DNA of 64,000 nt. It comes from Candidatus Gottesmanbacteria bacterium. Lineage in GTDB: Bacteria; Patescibacteriota; Microgenomatia; UBA10105; UBA927. The first letter of the stretch is position 1, and each line of letters begins with the position of its first letter. Location: assembly GCA_023245335.1 (NCBI GenBank), contig JAHFKK010000001.1, forward strand, positions 299,282 through 363,281, given 5' to 3'. The position numbers and the translations under genes were made by a program. Positions 56,631 to 64,000 of this stretch are shown here, piece after piece. The notes beneath the pieces were generated by a model. It saw nothing but the letters and a program-made list of their open reading frames with translations, did no database searches and was not told the origin of the DNA.

Positions 56631-56646
56631 ACAAATCGTAACGTCT

Positions 56647-57624
56647 CTAGCGGGACATGAGTTTCAGTATGGTCCATCGGAGCGTATCTGCGATCGTATA
56701 CAGGCGATAGAGGAACGGATGGACAACGAGATCGTACGAGCCGACAAACTCGATGAGCGTCGGGTTAAATCCCTGTTTGAAACGATGGAACCCGAACCAG
56801 GGATCGTTGATGTCCGGATTAGGTCCCAGAGACCCCCATAGATCAAATGTCTTGTATCCTTTCGCTTTCGCCCATTTGGTGATTTCCCACAACATAAGAG
56901 TCGGTGCCATGACTTCCCTATGGGTCCGCGAGGAGGCCCCGTAGGGGTAATACACAGTCTCACCCCAGGTAAATAGAATCCACGCCGTAAGTATTTCGCC
57001 TTCGTACACGGCAGTAAAAAGGTGTGCTATCCCGGCTTTGTGGAGCATATTCCACATCTTCTCGTGATATATCCTGTTATGCGCAAAGAATCCCTGTCTG
57101 GATGTGGTTTCCTCGTTGAGCCGAAGGTAGGAAGCAAATGCTTTTGGGGAAGAATCTTCTTGTATCGTTACCTTGTGGCGCTCGGCGACCCGTAAGTTAT
57201 ATCGTGTCTTAGAGTGCATAGCGGCAAGAAGCTCATTTTCCGTCCTTGTGAGGTCCAAGATATACGTGTATTTGGTGAAAAGGGGGTGATGTGACGGGAT
57301 GATTGATAATTTTTTGAGTTCGGTTGCCGTTTTTTCGGATGTAACGGCGTTTGGTTCCAACTGGATGAATATTGCACGTTTTTCTTTTCCGATACGCGTT
57401 AGCTTTTCGATCATGCGTGTATCAGGAAGCGGTCCTTTTGGAAAGAATCCGACATACCAGGGCGTATGAGGGAGCCGGTGAAACGTAAGTTGCCAGCCGT
57501 TTACCCGTACGACTTCGATACCCATTGCTTTACGGAATTCACCCCATGCCCACGTTTGCAGCGGATGGAGAGCCCCGGCATCCCAGGATTTTTGGTCGGT
57601 GTCTATGGCAGTACGGATTGTCAT
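56647..57624 (-). CDS. FemAB-family peptidoglycan interpeptide-bridge peptidyltransferase (tandem paralog)
   Basis: GFHRFKQGFNP C-terminal signature. Confidence 0.7.
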   Translation of the reverse strand: MTIRTAIDTDQKSWDAGALHPLQTWAWGEFRKAMGIEVVRVNGWQLTFHRLPHTPWYVGFFPKGPLPDTRMIEKLTRIGKEKRAIFIQLEPNAVTSEKTATELKKLSIIPSHHPLFTKYTYILDLTRTENELLAAMHSKTRYNLRVAERHKVTIQEDSSPKAFASYLRLNEETTSRQGFFAHNRIYHEKMWNMLHKAGIAHLFTAVYEGEILTAWILFTWGETVYYPYGASSRTHREVMAPTLMLWEITKWAKAKGYKTFDLWGSLGPNPDINDPWFGFHRFKQGFNPTLIEFVGSYDLVVHPFLYRLYTIADTLRWTILKLMSR

Positions 57625-57876
57625 ACCGGTCTTTATAATATATCTATTATCGCGCGTTCTTTACTATGATACAATGGGTTCGATGAAGCGCAAAGCGAGA
57701 TCTATGCGTCATGAAGAACCGGTCAGTTGGCTCCCTGTAGACACCAGAGTGATGCTCCCTCTCCTGTCATTCGGACACGTCCACGGGGTCGCAAAAGTGT
57801 TTTTGACCATAGAACTCGTACTCGCAGTAAGCGTCGTGTTTGGAAGTTGTGCTGCAGTACTTCTCCGGGTTTTGCC

Positions 57877-59742
57877 CTAAAGAAGGAGATCCTCATCCTG
57901 AAATCCCCGGTCTGTAGCAAGTGATACCTGGAGGTCGAGTGCGTGCTCCGGGATGTCCGCGATAAATCGCGATATCATGTTTTGTGTACGGGTCCCGAAA
58001 AATAACCGCCGGTTGGCATACGTGAGGTAAAGTTTTTCTTTGGCGCGGGTAATTCCGACATAGCAGAGCCGACGTTCTTCCTCGAGCTCATCCTTTTCCA
58101 TGAGAGACCGGCTGTGGGGGAATATTCCCTCTTCCATGCCGACGATAGTCACGATAGGAAACTCTAAACCTTTCGCGGCATGCAGTGTCATAAGCGTCAC
58201 GGCTTTGCGTTTGGCATCCATATCCCTCAATTTTTGCGGCGTGTATTCCTGCTCGACGAGCGCGACGTTTTCGAGAAACGTGGTGAGATCCGGAAACTGG
58301 GTCGCTACAGAGCGTAATTCCTTGATGTTTTCGAGACGGTAGTTTTCTTCCTCGACATTGGCGTCGTAGAGATCGGTATATCGGGTTACCTCCAATATCT
58401 CGTCCAGAAGCTCGAGAGTGGTGAGAGCGATGAGATGATTGTCATTCTTTCGTTTTTCGGCGAAGGCGAGAAATTTTTCGAACCTGGCCTTTCCGAGTTT
58501 TTCGGCACGGTGATAGGAGACCGTATCTTTGGAGTTTGCCAGTAGTCTCAAATATGAAAGCACATCCTTGATTTCTTTGCGTTCGTAGAATCGCGTACCG
58601 CCGACCAATACATAGGGGACTCCCGAATGCAGGAATGCCTCTTCCAGCACCCGCGATTGTGCATTCGTGCGATAGAGGACGGCGAAGTCGGAAAACGGTT
58701 TGTCTGATTGTAAGATGGTTTGGATGATGTACATGGCCTCGTCCTGTTCATTGCGTGCTTCGTAGAGCGTCACTTTTTCGCCGCCGTCTTTTTCTGTCCA
58801 GAGTTTGAGAATAGGATGCGACGTGTTTTTGGCGATCACGCCGAACGCTGCATCAAGAATGGTCTGGGTGGACCGGTAATTCTGTTCCAGGTGAAAAACA
58901 GCAATACCGGGAAAATCCGCCCTGAAGTTCATAATGTTGCGGAAATCCGCTCCGCGCCACCTATAAATACTCTGTGAAGCGTCGCCGACAACCGTGATAT
59001 TGTGCCAGCGTTTTGAGAGAAGTTTGGTCAGTTCATATTGGGCTTTATTGGTGTCCTGATATTCATCGACCAGGACATAGTGATACCGTTCCTGGTATTT
59101 GCCGGCGATCTCAGGAACTTCTTTCAGAAGCCGGACGGTTTTCATGAGTAAATCATCAAAATCCAAAGCCTCGTTGTCGAGCAACAATTTTTGGTATCCG
59201 AGGTAGACCCGGGCCACGGTTTCCTGAAAATTCCCACGGGCATAGTTGGGGTATTCGAGCGCGGTAATGAGCTCATTTTTTGCCTGAGAAATCGTGGCCA
59301 ACACCGCATTCGGATGATATTGTTTGGCAGATATGTCCAGTTTTTTCATCACGTCTTTGATTGCATCTATCTGGTCGTCGCCGTCGTAGATAACAAATGT
59401 GGGAGGCACGTGGACGTGTATGCCGTCTACGCGCAGTATCCTCACGCACAGCGAATGATAGGTCCCGGCGAAAGGCATGTCTTTATTGGCGATGGGAGAC
59501 GAAGTGTCGGAGATGAGTTTCGTGATGCGCTCCTTCATTTCGTTTGCGGCTTTATTCGTGAACGTGACCATGAGTATATTTTGGGGTGGCACATGCTTTT
59601 CTGCGATGAGGTAGGCGACCCGGTAGGTGAGAACTCTGGTTTTGCCGCTGCCGGCGCCTGCTAGTATGAGGACCGGTCCCTCGGTATGCACTACTGCCGC
59701 TTGCTGTTCTTTATTTAGATCACTGAGAAGCGAAGATGACAT
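57877..59742 (-). CDS. UvrD/PcrA-type DNA helicase (compact, 621 aa)
   Basis: GAGSGKT, TFTNKAANEM, VDEYQDTN and the remaining SF1 motifs. Confidence 0.85.
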   Translation of the reverse strand: MSSSLLSDLNKEQQAAVVHTEGPVLILAGAGSGKTRVLTYRVAYLIAEKHVPPQNILMVTFTNKAANEMKERITKLISDTSSPIANKDMPFAGTYHSLCVRILRVDGIHVHVPPTFVIYDGDDQIDAIKDVMKKLDISAKQYHPNAVLATISQAKNELITALEYPNYARGNFQETVARVYLGYQKLLLDNEALDFDDLLMKTVRLLKEVPEIAGKYQERYHYVLVDEYQDTNKAQYELTKLLSKRWHNITVVGDASQSIYRWRGADFRNIMNFRADFPGIAVFHLEQNYRSTQTILDAAFGVIAKNTSHPILKLWTEKDGGEKVTLYEARNEQDEAMYIIQTILQSDKPFSDFAVLYRTNAQSRVLEEAFLHSGVPYVLVGGTRFYERKEIKDVLSYLRLLANSKDTVSYHRAEKLGKARFEKFLAFAEKRKNDNHLIALTTLELLDEILEVTRYTDLYDANVEEENYRLENIKELRSVATQFPDLTTFLENVALVEQEYTPQKLRDMDAKRKAVTLMTLHAAKGLEFPIVTIVGMEEGIFPHSRSLMEKDELEEERRLCYVGITRAKEKLYLTYANRRLFFGTRTQNMISRFIADIPEHALDLQVSLATDRGFQDEDLLL

Positions 59743-59811
59743 AGATAAATAATCGGGTAGCAGAAATTCTGTCCTTATTTCATAAGGAAAAAAAGAAAGC
59801 GAACCGCTTTC

Positions 59812-59841
59812 TTGTATAGAAGTTTCACAACCCGCTATAAT
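59812..59841 (+). promoter_or_regulatory. Promoter TTGTAT-N18-TATAAT, 8 nt before the tpiA ATG
   Basis: Sequence reading only. Confidence 0.45.
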
Positions 59842-59849
59842 CTTATCAT

Positions 59850-60545
59850 ATGAAACATTTCTTCATTGCGGGGAATTGGAAGAGTTATAAGCGGACAGAT
59901 GAGGCCTTTATTTGGTTCAAGCGCTTCGCCGCGCTTGTTCAGTCGGCGCCGCGGTCATTTGAGAATGTGACTGCGGTGTTGTGTCCGCCGTATACATTAC
60001 TCCCGTACGCTCATGAGCAGATTCTCGCGCATAAATTACCGCTCGAACTGGGAGCACAGGACGTTTCGGCGTTTGGAGAAGGCGCATATACCGGTGAAAT
60101 CAGTGCGATGCAGGTTGCGGAATTTGCGAAGTGGTCGATTATAGGGCACTCGGAACGCCGCAAAAATTTAGGTGAAACCGATATGCTTCTCACGCAAAAG
60201 GTCAAAGCAGCCAAAGACGCCGGTCTTAAGGTAATTTACTGCGTGCAGGATGAATCCGTGCTGGTTCCTGAAGGAACGGATGTCATCGGGTATGAACCAC
60301 CCTGGGCAATAAGTGCGGTAAGCGGCGGGGTCGCGCAAAATCCGGAAAGTGCCAACCGAGTCTGTGAAAAAATAGTTGTCAAACACTTCGGGATTCCCGT
60401 CATATACGGCGGTAGCACGACGCCTGAGAACATTCAATCATTTGTCAGCCAAGAATACATTTCCGGCGTACTACCCGGTGGTGCCAGTTTGGATCCGGAA
60501 AAATTTTTCCAGATGATCGAGAGTCTCGCCGCTGACAACGTCTAA
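59850..60545 (+). CDS. tpiA: Triosephosphate isomerase
   Basis: AGNWKS..GHSERR..motifs; 231 aa. Confidence 0.9.
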   Translation: MKHFFIAGNWKSYKRTDEAFIWFKRFAALVQSAPRSFENVTAVLCPPYTLLPYAHEQILAHKLPLELGAQDVSAFGEGAYTGEISAMQVAEFAKWSIIGHSERRKNLGETDMLLTQKVKAAKDAGLKVIYCVQDESVLVPEGTDVIGYEPPWAISAVSGGVAQNPESANRVCEKIVVKHFGIPVIYGGSTTPENIQSFVSQEYISGVLPGGASLDPEKFFQMIESLAADNV

Positions 60546-60548
60546 TCC

Positions 60549-61604
60549 ATGCAGCAAAAATTCAAAAGAACGGTCGCGCCGAAGCTCCGAAGCGTTCTGC
60601 TTCTTTTTGTGGCGATGCTTCTCGTCGCAGGCCTTGCTATCGGGATTCGGACAGTCCGTTCGTTTACGAAAAATACCGGTTTGACGCCGGCAGCGGTTTT
60701 CGGCCTCATGTTTGATACCGGCGTTGACCTCGCTCCCATAAAGGGTCGGGTAAACGTGGCTCTATTGGGGATCGGGGGAGGCAATCACGACGGTGCTGAC
60801 CTCACGGACACCATTCTCATCCTTTCCTTTAATGAAAAGCATGATACGCTTGGGATGATTTCCGTGCCGCGAGACATATGGTCGGACTCTCTAAAAGATA
60901 AAGTAAACAGTGCCTATCATTACGGTGAGGAAAAGTCCCGCGAAGCTGGATCGGCCGCTGGTCGAAAAAAAGGCGGATTGATTCTCTCTAAAGCAATTCT
61001 ATCCGATATGGTGGGCCTGCCGATTCAGTATGGCATCGTATTTGATTTTACGAAGTTTCAGAATATCATCGATCTCGTTTCCGGCGTCACGATAGATGTG
61101 CCGGAGGCATTTACGGATTCCCAATATCCGATAACGGGGAAAGAAAAGGATATCTGTGACGGTGATCCCACATTTGCCTGCAGATACGAAACGCTTCATT
61201 TTGATAAGGGCCTACAAACTATGGATGGTGAACGGGCTTTGAAATATGTCCGGAGCCGGCATGCGGAAGGCGTCGAGGGAAATGATTTCGCGCGGGGGAG
61301 ACGGCAACAGCAAGTATTAGTTGCGCTTAAAGATCGGCTCACTTCTAAGAACACTATATGGAATCCGCGGAAATTATCGGCATTATATCGGGCGTTTGAT
61401 GATGCCACGGATGTCGATATGAATATCGCACAGCTAATGACGGTAGGGAAGCTATTTTTGCGGGTGCCACAGATCAACATTACCCGGATATCTATAGAGA
61501 ATGAGTTATACTCGCCTCCGGAAAGCTGGTACGGTGGATACGTGTTGTTGCCAAAAGACACCTTCGAGTCAATTCACGAATACGTATCATCTTTTCTTAA
61601 GTGA
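60549..61604 (+). CDS. LytR-CpsA-Psr (LCP) family cell-envelope phosphotransferase
   Basis: N-terminal TM, then TDTILILSF..ISVPRDIW LCP core. Confidence 0.8.
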   Translation: MQQKFKRTVAPKLRSVLLLFVAMLLVAGLAIGIRTVRSFTKNTGLTPAAVFGLMFDTGVDLAPIKGRVNVALLGIGGGNHDGADLTDTILILSFNEKHDTLGMISVPRDIWSDSLKDKVNSAYHYGEEKSREAGSAAGRKKGGLILSKAILSDMVGLPIQYGIVFDFTKFQNIIDLVSGVTIDVPEAFTDSQYPITGKEKDICDGDPTFACRYETLHFDKGLQTMDGERALKYVRSRHAEGVEGNDFARGRRQQQVLVALKDRLTSKNTIWNPRKLSALYRAFDDATDVDMNIAQLMTVGKLFLRVPQINITRISIENELYSPPESWYGGYVLLPKDTFESIHEYVSSFLK

Positions 61605-61607
61605 AGT

Positions 61608-62357
61608 TTAGAACGCCAGTCCCAGAAGCAGCAGGAGTATTCCTCCCGCAATCGTGGAAGCTCCCAAGACGGTTGGTCCTCCGGATACCGGGATCTTCGG
61701 TGTGGCAATAGGAGCCGGTGTTGGTGACGGTCCCGGTGTGGATGTCGGTCCGGGTGTGGATGTCGGTCCGGGTGTGGATGTCGGTCCGGCAGTGCCGATA
61801 CTCATGGACGTCTTACAGACATCCGGTACGTCAGAGAAGGCAAAGTTGTTGTCCCGCACGCGACAGGAGAAACTGAACGTGCCGTTTTGGGAGACCGTGT
61901 AGTCGGTAGAAAGCGATCCGGGACTGCCGACGTTTTTCTCGACCAGCTTGGTCGTGCCGTCGGGCAGGGTAAACTCCACAGCGGTGATGTCACCGTCGGT
62001 GTCTTTCCCGGAACAGGTCACGGTTGTGGTAAATGACGGCGTACCGCTAGAGGGTGACAGGGTAAGACCCGTACACTCCGGTACCGTATTGTTGCTTGAT
62101 GTGCCCGTCGGTGTCGGTGTCGCTGTAGGCGTCGACGTCGGTCCTCCGGTTGATGTCGGGGTCGGCGTGTTAGGCGTAATGGAAAACACGAGCTTACAGT
62201 TGATGTCATCGGTCGCCTTCGGGGTGACCTGCGGGACGGTGGGAGCGACGGATTGCTTGTTGGCCAGCTGGGTCGACGTGAGGAAGGCTACCACGCCAAT
62301 ACCGACCGTGAGGAGGGTGACCAGCAGTAAATACCAATATTTTTTCAGAAAACTCAT
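61608..62357 (-). CDS. Thr/Pro-rich repeat surface protein with an N-terminal TM/signal and a hydrophobic C-terminus
   Basis: Start at MSFLKKYW (62357) with a GGAG SD. (PTSTPG)3 repeats and a C-terminal GGILLLLLGLAF tail. Confidence 0.5.
   Translation of the reverse strand: MSFLKKYWYLLLVTLLTVGIGVVAFLTSTQLANKQSVAPTVPQVTPKATDDINCKLVFSITPNTPTPTSTGGPTSTPTATPTPTGTSSNNTVPECTGLTLSPSSGTPSFTTTVTCSGKDTDGDITAVEFTLPDGTTKLVEKNVGSPGSLSTDYTVSQNGTFSFSCRVRDNNFAFSDVPDVCKTSMSIGTAGPTSTPGPTSTPGPTSTPGPSPTPAPIATPKIPVSGGPTVLGASTIAGGILLLLLGLAF
61729..61782. repeat. Three tandem copies of an 18-bp unit (GGTCCGGGTGTGGATGTC), coding (PTSTPG)n on the minus strand
   Basis: Direct reading. Confidence 0.8.
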
Positions 62358-62358
62358 A

Positions 62359-63849
62359 TTATCTCCATGCTCCGTCCGTAAATACTTCTGCCTCAATGAC
62401 AAAGTCAGTGACGCCTGTGGCAGGCACCGTATACGCAAGAGTGAAGTCTGGTGGATCACTTTGTGTAGCCACGGTTGCGTCCTGCCATGCAGTGCCGTTT
62501 ATGCGGAAGTGTGCTTTCGTCGGGCTGCCGTCTCCGGAGACATGAAGTACAACGTCATCACCGGGAAGCAATGAAGACGGCGTGACCGCCGTACCAGCTC
62601 TCGTGATTCTCAGGTTTTTGCATTGAGGCGCGACCGGGGTAGCTGTAGGATTGTTTGTTGTGTCGCCCCCGTCACCGTTACTACTCCCGTTGGAAGTATC
62701 AACCGGATACCAGTTGCCGTTTGTTTGTGACAGATAATATCCAGCTACAGATGTGGGTTTGTTATCAGGTCCTAAAATGGCATACCCGCCCTTATTTACA
62801 TTTTCGGGTTTTGTATAATCAACCGGAACTCCATTTACCGTATAAAACGATTTAATTTCCTCATATGTATATCCGCCTGGAACATACGGCAGCGCCATGT
62901 TTTGTGGGTTTTTATCGACATTAACCATGTTGAGGGTTACGGGTTTTTGAACACCGTTTGCATCCGTTCCTGCAGCCTGTTCTCCGATGCCCCTATATAC
63001 GTCTTTTATGGTTTGCATGGCCTTGTCTTGCGCCGCCTTGACCCCGTTGGGGTCTGTGTGGTCAACTATTATTTCTGTTTTAGTACCATCAGGAAGTGTC
63101 ACTGAAGCTTTTGACGCACCGCTATTTATGTCTGCAACTGCCTTAATCGCTTCGTTATATGACGCATTATTGACACATCCACTGCCGCATTTATCATTTT
63201 CCTGTTTACTCCATTTGCCGCCCTGTGAAAAACCATTATTTTTTCCGGCCTGACTCCGTATATCAGCAAGTTGTTTGGGGTTTGCGACATAGATTGCGCC
63301 CACGCCGATTGCCACAAGCATGACAATGGCTCCAAGAATGCCGGCGAGCGGAATTTTTTTTCCTTTTTTACCCGGTATCTTGGGCTTCGGTGCATTATAG
63401 GATGGTGTAGGTGATACGGTTTCCGACGCAGGCGGGACGACCGAGCCCGGATTTTTTGAGTTTAAAATACTTTCGACAAACGCAGACGCTTCCGGGGATG
63501 GTGGAGCGGCATCGGGAGTAGACGCTGGCGGCGGTGTGGGAGCCGCAGAAGTAGTTGGTTCGACATGTGTTGGTTCTGCCGGTTTGTTTTCAGGCATTGA
63601 AGGCACGGGGGCGGCCGCGGGTTGGGCAGATAATCCATCAGCAAGAGGTATTCCGGGCGCCGACTCTGTGCTTGCGGTCATCGGGGGAACGGGTGCGGGT
63701 TCTTCCGGTATAGATGAGGGAGTCGAGGGAGAGGGTGGTGTGGCGGGTGCAGGAGATTGTTCTGGTTGGGATGATACCGGATCCGTGACAACTCCAGCGG
63801 CAGCGTCGTTTATTGCTTTTTGAGCGGCATCCAAAATATCATCCGGCAT
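62359..63849 (-). CDS. Pro-rich membrane-anchored hypothetical protein (about 190-aa Pro/Ser/Thr/Ala-rich N-terminus, one TM, extracellular domain)
   Basis: ORF-track call; compositional features only. Confidence 0.5.
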   Translation of the reverse strand: MPDDILDAAQKAINDAAAGVVTDPVSSQPEQSPAPATPPSPSTPSSIPEEPAPVPPMTASTESAPGIPLADGLSAQPAAAPVPSMPENKPAEPTHVEPTTSAAPTPPPASTPDAAPPSPEASAFVESILNSKNPGSVVPPASETVSPTPSYNAPKPKIPGKKGKKIPLAGILGAIVMLVAIGVGAIYVANPKQLADIRSQAGKNNGFSQGGKWSKQENDKCGSGCVNNASYNEAIKAVADINSGASKASVTLPDGTKTEIIVDHTDPNGVKAAQDKAMQTIKDVYRGIGEQAAGTDANGVQKPVTLNMVNVDKNPQNMALPYVPGGYTYEEIKSFYTVNGVPVDYTKPENVNKGGYAILGPDNKPTSVAGYYLSQTNGNWYPVDTSNGSSNGDGGDTTNNPTATPVAPQCKNLRITRAGTAVTPSSLLPGDDVVLHVSGDGSPTKAHFRINGTAWQDATVATQSDPPDFTLAYTVPATGVTDFVIEAEVFTDGAWR

Positions 63850-64000
63850 ACCTATACATTATGAGTGCATTCTAAACAATCTTGAAAGCACGAAAAATGC
63901 TCCTAGATCCAGAGTAGTGGAAATATATGACATGCGTCAAGTGGTGTCTCTACTTTAGAGGATGAGAACTGCTGTTCCCCCGACAAAGAGGCCAATTCCA

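Noticed and set aside
57625-57876. 250-nt intergenic region and the 93-aa plus-strand ORF 57599-57880
   Set aside because: The ORF overlaps the 3' end of the UvrD gene on the opposite strand and lacks signals. The region likely holds only the FemAB promoter (TATTATAAA about 8 nt before the ATG). No clear RNA structure identified.
61729-62175. CRISPR-like short direct repeats
   Set aside because: The 18-bp repeats are contiguous (no spacers), in-frame, and encode PTSTPG within a surface-protein gene. No cas genes in the window.

Overview
This 64 kb window looks like chromosomal DNA of a small-genome bacterium with a Gram-positive-type envelope, possibly Patescibacteria/CPR-like (inference only). 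It is about 50% GC, standard genetic code, densely packed, with genes on both strands and some lower-GC patches. All calls below come from reading the six-frame ORFs, recognised protein motifs and local DNA/RNA signals; no database search was possible. Hand-derived coordinates may be off by 1-2 nt. In one place (around 47580) my reading of the printed sequence disagrees with the ORF track by 1 nt, so coordinates between 47580 and 47900 are approximate.

What I could assign:
- Cell wall / envelope: two tandem class A PBPs, VanW, an M23 peptidase, two FemAB-family genes, LCP, a TagD-like cytidylyltransferase, PEGA/SH3b, SGNH hydrolase, and a five-gene glycoconjugate operon (GT2 - GT-C - small membrane protein - WecA-like GT4 - UbiA DPPR-synthase-like) with a 55-nt gene overlap.
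- Purine and central metabolism: guaA plus two phosphoribosyltransferases, GapN, TpiA, Idi, SodA, a PP2C phosphatase.
- Stress/chaperones: groES-groEL behind a sigma70-like promoter and a degenerate CIRCE operator, followed by a clean terminator.
- A coherent vitamin-B12 locus: nrdR, class II (AdoCbl) ribonucleotide reductase nrdJ, PduO-type adenosyltransferase, a DUF4430 (transcobalamin-like) protein and a small membrane protein, with a possible compact cobalamin-riboswitch-like element and NrdR-box-like sites.
- DNA transactions: two UvrD-family helicases (one fused to a C-terminal Fe-S PD-(D/E)XK nuclease), RmuC, TatD.
- Translation: MetRS, TsaD, and a tRNA with anticodon UAU.
- Orphans: a TraD/VirD4-like coupling ATPase next to a 664-aa unknown protein, an orphan ATP-grasp enzyme, and an AT-rich two-gene module (small protein overlapping a retropepsin-like aspartic protease).

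The most interesting find from the sequence itself is a candidate Trp-attenuator-style control element upstream of metG. It has a 15-codon leader ORF with a strong SD and tandem Met codons, an antiterminator/terminator alternative, and a strong intrinsic terminator. Many genes here appear leaderless, with TTGACA-like/N17-18/TATAAT-like elements ending 5-8 nt before the ATG. I found no CRISPR array, transposase or integrase.
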